Shown: piece after piece, positions 10,493-19,539 of the stretch
How the letters are laid out: each line of letters starts with the position of its first letter
Numbering within the stretch: position 1 is the stretch's first letter
NCBI GenBank assembly: GCA_963697875.1
Contig: OY969099.1
Location: forward strand, 88,419 to 152,418
Source: an uncultured Actinomycetes bacterium
GTDB taxonomy: Bacteria; Actinomycetota; UBA4738; HRBIN12
Direction: 5' to 3'
DNA length: 64,000 nucleotides
The notes under the pieces: model-generated
What the model saw: only the letters and a program-made list of their open reading frames with translations
What the model was told of the DNA's origin: nothing
Database searches by the model: none
Position numbers and translations under genes: made by a program

Positions 10493-11686
10493 GTGAGCGT
10501 CGGAACCGCGTTCTGGGCGCGTGAGCGCGACCTCAACAAGAAGGAAGCCTGGGGCGAATGGTCGGGCTACTTCGCCGCCGCGGTCTATGCCGACTTCCAT
10601 GACATCGAGTACAGCGCGATCCGCGAAGCGGCCGCCGTGATCGACGTCTCGCCCCTGTACAAGTACGAGGTAACCGGGAAGGACGCCGCCGTCCTCCTCG
10701 ACCGCGTGACGACGCGCGACATCGCGAGGATGCAGATCGACCAGGTCTTCTACGCGGCCTGGTGCGACGAGGACGGCAAGGTCCTGGACGACGGCACGAT
10801 CACCCGCACCGGCGAGCAGGCGTTCCGTATCACCGCCGCCGACCCTTGTTACCGCTGGTTCGTCCTGAACGCCACGAACCTCGACGTTGAGATCCGCGAC
10901 GTCTCCGAGACCACGGTGGGGCTCGCCCTGCAGGGCCGGTTGTCGCGCGAGGTGCTCGGGGCCGCCACGGGTCAGGACTGGCCCGATCTGCGCTACTTCC
11001 GCCGGCGGCCGGCCACGATCGCGGGCATCGACGTCGACGTCACCAGAACGGGCTACACCGGCGACCGCGGCTACGAGCTCTGGATCCCCTCAGAGGGAGC
11101 CCTCGCGGTCTGGGATGCGGTGTTCGAGGCCGGGGTGCCGTTCGGCATCCACGCCGCCGGCATCCGGGCCATGGACGTCGCGCGCGTCGAGGCGGGGTTC
11201 ATCCTCATCGAGACCGAGTACACCAGCGCGCGCACCTCGACCTCGCCCGAGCTCACCTACTCCCCCTTCGAGCTGGGCCTCGGCCGCCTCGTCGCGTTCG
11301 ACAAGGCGGCCACCTTCAACGGCCGCAGGGCGCTCCTCGCCGAACGAGAGGCCGGCGGGCCGCAACGCCGTCTGGTCGGCCTCGAGCTGGAGTGGGCCGG
11401 GATCGAGGCCATGCACGCGAAGCACGGTCTGGCGCCGGCGATCTCACCCTTCGTGCACCGGGACCCAGTCCCCATCTACCGGGAGGGCAAGCAGATCGGT
11501 CGTGCAACCTCGATGACCTGGGGGCCGACGATCAAGAAGATGGTCGCGTTCGGGTCGGTCGACCGGCAGTTCGAGCGGATCGGCACGCGGCTGTCGGTCG
11601 AATACTCGGTCGAGGGCGAACGCGGAAAGGTCGCGGCGTCGGTGGTCGCGCTCCCGTTCCTGGATCTCGAGCGCAAGCGCTCCTAA
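10493..11686 (+). CDS. GcvT-like aminomethyltransferase family protein
   Basis: EYSAIRE.AAVIDVSPL, DDGTI, TRTGYTGDRGYELW, ARVEAG. Confidence 0.9.
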   Translation: MSVGTAFWARERDLNKKEAWGEWSGYFAAAVYADFHDIEYSAIREAAAVIDVSPLYKYEVTGKDAAVLLDRVTTRDIARMQIDQVFYAAWCDEDGKVLDDGTITRTGEQAFRITAADPCYRWFVLNATNLDVEIRDVSETTVGLALQGRLSREVLGAATGQDWPDLRYFRRRPATIAGIDVDVTRTGYTGDRGYELWIPSEGALAVWDAVFEAGVPFGIHAAGIRAMDVARVEAGFILIETEYTSARTSTSPELTYSPFELGLGRLVAFDKAATFNGRRALLAEREAGGPQRRLVGLELEWAGIEAMHAKHGLAPAISPFVHRDPVPIYREGKQIGRATSMTWGPTIKKMVAFGSVDRQFERIGTRLSVEYSVEGERGKVAASVVALPFLDLERKRS

Positions 11687-11746
11687 CGCGGCTGCCTCGC
11701 AAGGATTCACGGTACCCCGCGATGCGCTGATCGCGTCTTCTACGAT

Positions 11747-13648
11747 GTGGTCGTGCAGCGAGCTCCTCGCGCGTTGATCCTCCTCGGCCTCGCGGGCGGC
11801 GCGGTCGCGCTTGCGATCACCTTGATGGGAAGCATCTCGATGGGCGTGGGCGCGGGCCTGGTCGTGTTGCTCTGCGGCCTGGGCGCCGGATGGTGGTGGG
11901 CACGACAGGTCGGCGGGGCGGCCGATCCGGGACGCCGGCGGTTCCTGGCGTGGGCGGGCCTCGGGGGTGCCGCATGGGTCGTCGGCGGAACCGTCGTCGG
12001 GCGGGTGGCCGCGAAGCTGGCCAGACCCGACGCGGGCGCCGTTCAGGACCGGGCCGCGGCGGGCCTCGGCGCCGAGTACATGGAGCTCGTGCACCGCGCG
12101 TACCGGCCCGGGCGAGCAGGTGAGGTCCAGCTTCTGCTCGCGCCCTTCAACAGCGCGAACTACGCGCCCGAGTCGCTCAACCTGGTCCCCAACGATCCGC
12201 GGACGAGCCACGCGTCGGTGTGGATGTACCTCGAGCGCGTCCCGCTGCTCGTCTACGCGCCGGGGATCGTCGAGCCGTCCGACTCCGAGGAACGGGTCAG
12301 CCTGGCCGATCTCGCGCCGACCACCGCGCAGCTGATCGGCATGGAGGACTGGCCACGCGATCGCGACGGACGAGTGCTGCCGGGCCTGCGAACGACCGGC
12401 GTCACGCCGAAGGTGGTCGTGACGTTCGTAATCGACGGCGGCGGGTGGAATGTCCTGGACCACTGGCGCGACGACTGGCCGAACCTCAAGCGGCTGATGC
12501 ACCAGGGGGCGAACTACCGCAACGCGCTGACGGGCTCCTTCCCCGCCGTCACCGCCTGCGCCCACGCGACGATCGGGACCGGAGCCTTCCCCGCCACGCA
12601 CGGCATCACCGGACACAACATCCGCGACGACCGGGGGACCGTGCGCAAGGCCTACGGCGAGCCCGGCGCCGCGATGCCGAGCGACATCCTGGTGCCCACG
12701 CTCGCCGACCTCTGGAGCGACCGGACGGCCAACCGGGCGTGGGTCGGCGAGATCGGGTACCAGGTCTGGCATCTCGGCATGCTCGGCCATGGCGGCCGGA
12801 ACCGCACGCCCGACCAGAAGCCGGTCGCCGTCTTCTGGGACGAGTTCGGCACGCGCGAGTGGCAGCCGAACAACCCCGATCTCTACCGGATGCCGGCCGG
12901 CTACCCGGGACTCGACGTCTACGAGGCGCACTTGGCCGGCTTCGTCGCTCCGGACTGGGACGCCGAGTTCACGCCGAAGGGCCGCCAGGCGCCCTGCTGC
13001 AGTCCGCCGATCGTGGACTACCAGGGCGACCTGATCGAGGCCACGTTCGACACCGAGCCGGTAGGCCGAACCGGCACGACCGACCTCCTGTACATCAACT
13101 ACAAGTCCCCCGACTACACCGGGCACATCTACAACATGCTGTCGAAGTGGGAGGCGCTGATCCTTCGCGCGGTCGACGCCCAGCTGCAGCGTCTGGTCGA
13201 CATGCTCGATGAGCGGTTCCCCGGCGAGTACGTGCTGTTGGTGACCGCCGACCACGGACAGTGTCCGACACCCGATGCGGTCGACGGCGTCCGCCTGGAC
13301 CCGATCCAGCTGCAGCGCGTGATCGAGAACGCCTTCGGCCCGGGCCTCACGAGCGTGGTGCAGCAGGTGTACCCCGCCGAGATCTTCCTCGATACCGGCG
13401 CGCTCTGGGACGCCGGCGCCAGCGTCGAGGACGTGGCGGCCCACCTGCAGGACCTGACCTACCGCGGCAACCTCGGCCCGTACGTGCCCCGCAACGCCGT
13501 CGAACAGAACATGCTCGACGCGAAGGAGTTCGCCGGGGTGTTCGCAGGACCCTGGCTCGAACACCTGGATCCTTCGCGATACGGCACGACGGGCTACACG
13601 GGCGACCACGTGGATCCGGGCGTGCCGCCGCTTTCGCTCCTGGAGTAG
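11747..13648 (+). CDS. Membrane-anchored alkaline phosphatase/NPP (PafA-like) family enzyme, apparently circularly permuted
   Basis: VIDG, T(nucleophile)ACAHATIGTG, KSPDYTGH, VTADHG motifs; normally C-terminal motifs lie upstream of them. Confidence 0.8.
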   Translation: MVVQRAPRALILLGLAGGAVALAITLMGSISMGVGAGLVVLLCGLGAGWWWARQVGGAADPGRRRFLAWAGLGGAAWVVGGTVVGRVAAKLARPDAGAVQDRAAAGLGAEYMELVHRAYRPGRAGEVQLLLAPFNSANYAPESLNLVPNDPRTSHASVWMYLERVPLLVYAPGIVEPSDSEERVSLADLAPTTAQLIGMEDWPRDRDGRVLPGLRTTGVTPKVVVTFVIDGGGWNVLDHWRDDWPNLKRLMHQGANYRNALTGSFPAVTACAHATIGTGAFPATHGITGHNIRDDRGTVRKAYGEPGAAMPSDILVPTLADLWSDRTANRAWVGEIGYQVWHLGMLGHGGRNRTPDQKPVAVFWDEFGTREWQPNNPDLYRMPAGYPGLDVYEAHLAGFVAPDWDAEFTPKGRQAPCCSPPIVDYQGDLIEATFDTEPVGRTGTTDLLYINYKSPDYTGHIYNMLSKWEALILRAVDAQLQRLVDMLDERFPGEYVLLVTADHGQCPTPDAVDGVRLDPIQLQRVIENAFGPGLTSVVQQVYPAEIFLDTGALWDAGASVEDVAAHLQDLTYRGNLGPYVPRNAVEQNMLDAKEFAGVFAGPWLEHLDPSRYGTTGYTGDHVDPGVPPLSLLE

Positions 13649-14818
13649 CTACCGCCAGACGGGCGGCAGCTTCGGCAGGTCGACTTCGTCGGCGCCGAGC
13701 CACCTCGCGAGCTCGTCGATCGCCCGGCTCGCCGCCGGCCACGCGTTGGCAGGCGCGCCATCCTCGGCGTGAACCGCATGCACGCGGAGCACCCTCGCCT
13801 TCCGATCGAACGCCGGGTCGATCCGCCCGACGAGCCGGTCGCCGTGGAGGATCGGCAGCACGAAGTACCCGTGCTCGCGCTTGGCCCTGGGGACGTAGAT
13901 CTCCAACCGGAACCGGAAGTCGAACAACCGCTGGGTCCGGTCGCGGTCGGAGATCAGGTCGTCGAACGGCGACAGGACGGTCGTCCTGCCGCGGAACGGC
14001 GCGTCGAGCAGGTCACGGTGCGCGAAGTGCTCGCCCGGCAGGCCCTCGACCTCGACCGGCACGACGACCCCCTCGCGGATCAGGGAGGCGAGCGCCCGCT
14101 CCCATCCGGGCGGGCGCCCCTCGAAGGCCCATCCGAACCCGTGAACCCGGTCGACGCCGCGGGCACGAAGCTGCCGATCGATCAGACGACGCGCGACCTC
14201 CGCCCGGGGAAGCCGCGGGGTCTCCTTCATCGGTAGGGAGCGTTCGGCCAGATCCCAGATCCGCTGCTGGCCGTCGCGCCCGACGATCATCACCTTCCCC
14301 TGCGACCAGAGGAGGTCGAGCATCATGCCGACGTGGCGGGATCGTTCGTCGTTCCATCCGCCCGTCCTCCATCGCACGACGACGCGGTCCTCCAGGTCGC
14401 GTGCCCGCAGCGGCCCGCGCCGGCGGAGCTCGCGAAGGATGTAGCGGGCAAAGCTCTCGTTCAGCTCCATCCAGGTCCGGGCGTATCGCCGGCGCGCGTT
14501 GTCGCCCCGCAGGTACCGCCTCATCGACTCCCGATGGACCGCGAGATCGGACGTCGGAACGATGTGAACCCAGTACTCGAAGAGCTCGCGGTCGGTCCAG
14601 AGCAGCCTCTCGAGCTCGTCGACCCCGAACCGCCTGCCGAGGCGGCTCCACAGGACGAGGTGCTCGGTCCGCGCCACCACCGACGTCGGATCCAGCTGGA
14701 CCATGCCCAGGTCGTGCACGGTCTCGAGGATCGACGACGGTCGTGGAAACGACAGACGCTGGCCGATGATCGCCAGCCGGCGGGCGCGGCGTCGGGAGAG
14801 GTGGACGGCGTCCGGCAC
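13649..14818 (-). CDS. YcaQ/AlkZ (HTH_42) crosslink-repair DNA glycosylase family
   Basis: VQLDPTSVVAR.EHLVLWSR, LFEYW, LSPFD.LI.DR.R...LFDF.FRLEIYVP. Confidence 0.9.
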   Translation of the reverse strand: MPDAVHLSRRRARRLAIIGQRLSFPRPSSILETVHDLGMVQLDPTSVVARTEHLVLWSRLGRRFGVDELERLLWTDRELFEYWVHIVPTSDLAVHRESMRRYLRGDNARRRYARTWMELNESFARYILRELRRRGPLRARDLEDRVVVRWRTGGWNDERSRHVGMMLDLLWSQGKVMIVGRDGQQRIWDLAERSLPMKETPRLPRAEVARRLIDRQLRARGVDRVHGFGWAFEGRPPGWERALASLIREGVVVPVEVEGLPGEHFAHRDLLDAPFRGRTTVLSPFDDLISDRDRTQRLFDFRFRLEIYVPRAKREHGYFVLPILHGDRLVGRIDPAFDRKARVLRVHAVHAEDGAPANAWPAASRAIDELARWLGADEVDLPKLPPVWR

Positions 14819-14851
14819 CCGCAGAGGGTACCGACGCGCGCCGACGTAGGC

Positions 14852-14995
14852 TCAGTCCTCGGGACCCACCAGGATCCGATGGAGCTCTTCGCGGTCCGCG
14901 ATCCAGACCACGCCGCAGCAGTCGCAGGTCACGAGCTCGACGTGCTCGGGCAGCTCTCCCACGTCGACCATGCACCCGCACACCGGGCAATCCAT
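14852..14995 (-). CDS. 47-aa Zn-ribbon protein (CPxCG...CxCC)
   Basis: MDCPVCGCMVDVGELPEHVELVTCDCCGVVWIADREELHRILVGPED; AAGGAGG RBS just upstream; below ORF-track size cutoff. Confidence 0.7.
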   Translation of the reverse strand: MDCPVCGCMVDVGELPEHVELVTCDCCGVVWIADREELHRILVGPED

Positions 14996-15087
14996 CGCGC
15001 CCTCCTTCGTCTGCGCAAGCATCGGCCTGGCGCGGTGGCGCTACCTAGGGTCGGAGGACCCGGTTGCGGCGGTCCCCTCGGAGGGGC

Positions 15088-15116
15088 TTGACATCCGAAC
15101 GTACGTTCGATATGCT
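15088..15116 (+). promoter_or_regulatory. Housekeeping-sigma promoter with LexA (SOS) box in the spacer
   Basis: TTGACA(15088-93)-17 nt-TATGCT(15111-16); CGAAC-GTAC-GTTCG at 15096-15109. Confidence 0.85.
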
Positions 15117-15133
15117 TTCAAGTCTCCTCCCCC

Positions 15134-16306
15134 GTGACCGGAAGGTCCGGGTTGCCCCTGAACGCGCAGCGGTACGAAGAACGCAGCGATGACGAGCTGC
15201 TCGAGGCTATCGACGCATCGCATCGGGAGGTCTCGCGTGCCCACCGAGCGCTCCTCGCCGACGTCGCGGAGGTCGACCGGCGCGCGCTCTGGCGTGGGTC
15301 CGGCGCACGCGACATGGCCCACTGGCTGTCGATGCGACAAGGCATCTCGCAGTGGAAGGCGCGGCGCTGGATCGCGGCCGCACACGCGCTCGAGCACCTG
15401 ACGGACCTGGCTCGAGCTCTCTCGTCGGGCGACCTGGGCATCGACAAGGTGGTCGAGCTGGCCCGGTTCGCCGACTTCGAGACCGAGGCGGGTCTGATCA
15501 CGTGGGCGAAGTATGTTTCCGCCGCCGCGGTGCGGCGGAAGGCGGACCTCGAGGTCCGCCGCGCCATCGACGACGTGCGCCAGGCCGAGCGTGCGCGTTA
15601 CCTCAACTGGTGGTACCTGGACGACGGGAACCGATTCGGGATGGAGGCCGAGCTCCCTGCGGCGCAGGGTGCCGTGGTGGCCAGGGCGCTGCAACGGGTG
15701 ACCGACACGCTGCCGTCGATGCCCGGGGAGGAGGACCCGAGCTTCGCCGATGCTCGGCGAGCCGACGCGCTCGTCGCCCTCTGTTCGGCGCGCATCGCGG
15801 TCGACGCGGACCCCGATCGCGCAACGGTCGTCGTCCACGCCCGGCTCGGCGACCTCGTGGGCACCGACGGCGCGGCCGAGATCGAAGGGGGCGGACGCCT
15901 GCACCCCGAGACCGCGCGTCGCCTGCTCTGCGATGCGCGGGTCCAGACCGTCCTCGAGGACGAGCGTGGCGAGCCGCTCCGGCTCGGTCGGCTCACCCGC
16001 GAGCCGTCCGCCGCGATGATGCGGCAGCTGCGCTACCGCGACGTCGAGTGCCGGTTCCCCGGGTGCGGGGCTCGTCGGTTCACTCAGGCCCATCACGTCG
16101 TGTGGTGGGGTGACGGCGGCCAGACCGACCTCGACAACCTGGTGCTCGTCTGCTTCTTCCACCATCGGCTGGTGCACGAACACGGTTGGCGCGTGCAGCG
16201 CGACGCGGGCGGAAGGCTGCGTTGGCTGAGGCCCAACGGCGCGATCCACGCCCTCGCGCAGCCCGCGAACGTCTCCGCCCGCGCCGCTGCCGCACGCGAC
16301 CCGTGA
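15134..16306 (+). CDS. DUF222 (13E12-type) protein with C-terminal HNH endonuclease
   Basis: RRADALVALC, TARRLLCDA, RDVECRFPGC...AHHVVWW..GG.TDLDNLVLVC..HHRLVH. Confidence 0.9.
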   Translation: MTGRSGLPLNAQRYEERSDDELLEAIDASHREVSRAHRALLADVAEVDRRALWRGSGARDMAHWLSMRQGISQWKARRWIAAAHALEHLTDLARALSSGDLGIDKVVELARFADFETEAGLITWAKYVSAAAVRRKADLEVRRAIDDVRQAERARYLNWWYLDDGNRFGMEAELPAAQGAVVARALQRVTDTLPSMPGEEDPSFADARRADALVALCSARIAVDADPDRATVVVHARLGDLVGTDGAAEIEGGGRLHPETARRLLCDARVQTVLEDERGEPLRLGRLTREPSAAMMRQLRYRDVECRFPGCGARRFTQAHHVVWWGDGGQTDLDNLVLVCFFHHRLVHEHGWRVQRDAGGRLRWLRPNGAIHALAQPANVSARAAAARDP

Positions 16307-16321
16307 TCAACGCCGGACGAG

Positions 16322-16705
16322 TCACGTGCCGACCGAGCGGATGAAGTGGTACGCGATCGAATGCCCGCCGTAGGTGAGCGGGATCATGTCGGTCTCGGCC
16401 TCGAAGCTCGATCCGTCCTTGCGCACGCCCCGGAAGCGGAAGGTCGCGGGAAACTCCAGCCCGCCGACGCGGTTCTGGTAGTTCCAGACGTACAGCCCGC
16501 GATCGCGATCCGCGACGAACGTGTGGGCGAAGTCCTCGACCGCTTCCCACTCCTCGACGGTGTACCCGAACATGGTGGCCAGCTTCGCATTGCAGCGCTT
16601 GTTCCCCTCGTCCAGCCAGATGTAGACGCCGTCCGAGCTCTGCTCGAACACGGGTCGCAGGTGCTCCCCCAGCTCGGCGATCGCCTGCTCGTGCGACATG
16701 GTCAT
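16322..16705 (-). CDS. Stand-alone PAS domain protein
   Basis: FEQSSDGVYI, CNAKLATMFGYTVEE, RKDGSSFEAE. Confidence 0.8.
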   Translation of the reverse strand: MTMSHEQAIAELGEHLRPVFEQSSDGVYIWLDEGNKRCNAKLATMFGYTVEEWEAVEDFAHTFVADRDRGLYVWNYQNRVGGLEFPATFRFRGVRKDGSSFEAETDMIPLTYGGHSIAYHFIRSVGT

Positions 16706-16941
16706 GGACCTCCTCCTTCCCTCTTCGCGTGGGGCTTCGGATCTCCCCTCACGGTCGTGGTGCGGAGGGCGTGGGCGGCCCGGTCGAAGTCCCCCAGGAC
16801 ACGCCCGAGTCCGGCGCTGCGCTCGGACGATCCCTCTTCGAGCGCCGCGAGAGCGAGGCGCCCGCCGGCCACCAATGCCGCCAGCTCCTCGATCCGCACC
16901 GTCATCCGGACGACGCCGGTCCGGTCCCACGCCAGCCGCAT
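16702..16941 (-). CDS. Hypothetical protein (~79 aa)
   Basis: Tightly packed between CMD and PAS genes with ATGA-type overlap. Confidence 0.55.
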   Translation of the reverse strand: MRLAWDRTGVVRMTVRIEELAALVAGGRLALAALEEGSSERSAGLGRVLGDFDRAAHALRTTTVRGDPKPHAKREGGGP

Positions 16942-16942
16942 C

Positions 16943-17329
16943 TCAGTGAGCACCCGCTTTCACGAACTCGACGACGCGGTTGACCTCGTCCTCGAACTCC
17001 TCGTAGTCGAACGCGAGCCCGTTGAGGTAGATGCTCCACCCCTGCACGAGCTTCGTGTAGTGGAGCGCCTCTTCGATCTCCGCCTGCGTGGCGCCGAACA
17101 GCTTCGCCGCTTCGGTATGGAACAGCACGCAGTACCGGCACCGCGTCACCGCCGAGGCCGACAGCCCGATCAGCTCCTTGTACTTGTTCGGGATCAGCGT
17201 CCCCCCGAACTGGACGCGCTTGATGAGATCCCACTCCGAGTCGATGTACTCGTCCGGGATCCGGTCCACGAAGGAGATGACGGTGCCGAACATCTCCTTC
17301 ATCTCCCGATGGACGTCCTCTCTCGCCAT
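16943..17329 (-). CDS. Carboxymuconolactone decarboxylase/AhpD-like protein
   Basis: IPNKYKELIGL...CRYCVLFH..AAK..GAT..EI.EA. Confidence 0.9.
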   Translation of the reverse strand: MAREDVHREMKEMFGTVISFVDRIPDEYIDSEWDLIKRVQFGGTLIPNKYKELIGLSASAVTRCRYCVLFHTEAAKLFGATQAEIEEALHYTKLVQGWSIYLNGLAFDYEEFEDEVNRVVEFVKAGAH

Positions 17330-17427
17330 GGCGCCTCCCCGTGCCGAGGGCTCCCCGTGAGCCCGTTCGGGTGCACGGTAGGGAGGAGACCTTGCAGATT
17401 CCCTGCAGACAAGGGGAGACTCGTCCG

Positions 17428-19254
17428 ATGGGGGTCGTCGAGATCCGCCTGTTGGGGCGCTTCGCGGTCCGGATCGACGGCGCGGATGTCCCGTACCAGC
17501 GATTCGGTGGCAGGTTGACCCGGACGCTCGTCGCCCTGCTGGCGGTACGGAGGGGAACCCTCCTGTCGCGGGATGTGCTGGTCGAAGCGCTATGGGGCGA
17601 CCGTCCGCCGAGCGACCCGCCCGGGAACCTGGACGTGCTCGCGAGCCGCGCCCGCCGCGCGCTGGGTGCCCACTCCCTGGTCGAGGCGGTGTCGGGCGGG
17701 CTGCTGCTGGCGGGCGACGATCGCATCGAGGTCGACGTGGAGCGCTTCGCCTCCGCGGTCGCCCGCGGCCGCACCTACCTGGCAGCCGAGCGACCGGCGT
17801 CGGCGCTGCGGGCGTTCGACGAGGCGCTCACCGCGTGGGGTGACCCACTGCCCGAGCACGCCTACAGCGACTGGGCCGAGCCGTTCCGGCACGAGTTCGC
17901 CGATCTCCGGCTCGAGGCGCTGGAGGGAGGCGCGCGATCGGCGATCGCGCTGGGGAACGTCCCCGCAGCGACCCGGCTGGCCGAGGCGGCGGTCGAACAC
18001 AACCCGTTGCGTGAGCTCGGCAACCTGCTACTCGTGAGCGCGCTCGCCCAGGGCGGAGACCAGGTGGGCGCGCTCGAGGCTTTCGACGCGTTCCGCCGGC
18101 GGCTGCGAGACGAACTCGGGCTCGACCCGTCGGCGGAGGCGTACGAGGTGCAGAGCAAGGTCCTTCGAGGCGTCAGGCAGTCCGCGGTCGGCGTCCTCGC
18201 CGAGATGCTCCCGGAAGCCCGAGCGGTCGATCCCCGAGCCGCGTTGGGCGGCCAAGGCAGCGGTCCGATGCGGGCCCGGACGCTGGCGAGCCTCGCGATG
18301 TTCGCGGCAGGGTCCGATGACTACGAGCGCGCAGCCGGGCTCGTCGACCTGGCGCTGACCGACGCCGGTCGGGATGCCCGTGCGAAGGCGGAGGCGCTGT
18401 ACGTGGGGTCGATCGTGGACATGAACCTCGGAGACCTAGGGCGAGCCGACCGGCGCGCAGACGAAGCCCTCTGCCTGTTCGAGGAGCTCGAAGACGCCGA
18501 CGGAGTCGCCAACATCCTCGACGGGCGTGCGATGGCCCTGTTCATGAGTGGGCACGTCTCCGATGCGGTGGCGGCGTTCGACCGGGTAGCCAACCTGTTC
18601 GCCGAGGCGGGCGAGCTCGCGCGGGTCGTCACCCCACGCTCCACCCGCGGCCACGGTCTCGTCTTCATGGCAGAGCCCGCCGGCGGGCTCGCCGAGGCGG
18701 AGCGCGCCCTCGACCTGGCCGTCTCGTTGGGGGAACGGGAGGGAGAAGGGTACGCGCTGTGGCACCGGAGCGAGGCGCTCGCCGCGCTCGGCCGCAGCGA
18801 CGACGCGGTGCGCGGCGCCCGGGCGTCCCTGGCCATCGCCGAAGAGCTGCAGCATCGAGAATGGACCGCCGCGGCCTTGCGCGCCCTCGCTCTGGCGAGC
18901 CGGGCGGCGGGCGACCTGTCCGCGGCCGAGGAGGCGTATCGCCACGGGCTGACCGTCTCGGCGGGGATCCCCCTGTTCCAGACGTGGCACGCCGCCGGCC
19001 TCGCGTCCGTGCTCCTCACCGCGGGTCGCGTCGAAGAGGCGCGCCACTGGGTCGAGGTGGCGACCGGCGGGAACCCGCCCCTCGGTCTGTTCGAGGCTCG
19101 GCTCGCAGCCGTCCGGCTCGCGGTCGCCACGGGCAGCCCATCCGCCGACTCGCTGGCGGAGGATCTGCGCCGCCACGCGAGCGCCGTGGGCTACGAGGCG
19201 ATCGTCGGTCAGCTGCCGTTGCCGGGAGCGGAGCGCGCCGGCGTCGGGCTGTAA
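17428..19254 (+). CDS. SARP/BTAD transcriptional regulator with TPR repeats
   Basis: IRLLGRFAV, L.EALWG..PP, VDVERF, PLRE...LL..AL...G....AL..F..FRRRLRDELGLDPS. Confidence 0.9.
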   Translation: MGVVEIRLLGRFAVRIDGADVPYQRFGGRLTRTLVALLAVRRGTLLSRDVLVEALWGDRPPSDPPGNLDVLASRARRALGAHSLVEAVSGGLLLAGDDRIEVDVERFASAVARGRTYLAAERPASALRAFDEALTAWGDPLPEHAYSDWAEPFRHEFADLRLEALEGGARSAIALGNVPAATRLAEAAVEHNPLRELGNLLLVSALAQGGDQVGALEAFDAFRRRLRDELGLDPSAEAYEVQSKVLRGVRQSAVGVLAEMLPEARAVDPRAALGGQGSGPMRARTLASLAMFAAGSDDYERAAGLVDLALTDAGRDARAKAEALYVGSIVDMNLGDLGRADRRADEALCLFEELEDADGVANILDGRAMALFMSGHVSDAVAAFDRVANLFAEAGELARVVTPRSTRGHGLVFMAEPAGGLAEAERALDLAVSLGEREGEGYALWHRSEALAALGRSDDAVRGARASLAIAEELQHREWTAAALRALALASRAAGDLSAAEEAYRHGLTVSAGIPLFQTWHAAGLASVLLTAGRVEEARHWVEVATGGNPPLGLFEARLAAVRLAVATGSPSADSLAEDLRRHASAVGYEAIVGQLPLPGAERAGVGL

Positions 19255-19379
19255 GACGGCATCACACGAAGTGGACCTGACGGGACGCGATTCGAACTCG
19301 TGGGAGACGCTTCTCGCGCGGCTCAACGATCTCAGGGCTATCTCGAATGCAGGAGCGTGAGCTGGCCCACCACAACCGA

Positions 19380-19510
19380 TGAGTGCCAAGGATCGCCGCG
19401 TTGCCAGCCGCACAACGCGAAGGTCTTCCACGGTGGCGACGGCGGAGGCGTCCGCGATGCCGAGGGGGGAAGGTCTCGGTAGCCGCTACGAGTTCGGCGA
19501 TCCGGATCCC
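19380..19510 (-). pseudogene. PIN/VapC toxin C-terminal remnant
   Basis: Reads IRIAELVAATETFPLGIADASAVATVEDLRVVRLAT, resembling VapC 'RIAELV..Y.DLPLG.ADASVVA'; no 5' part. Confidence 0.45.
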
Positions 19511-19539
19511 GCCGGTTTCGTCATCAGGTTCCCAGCCGC

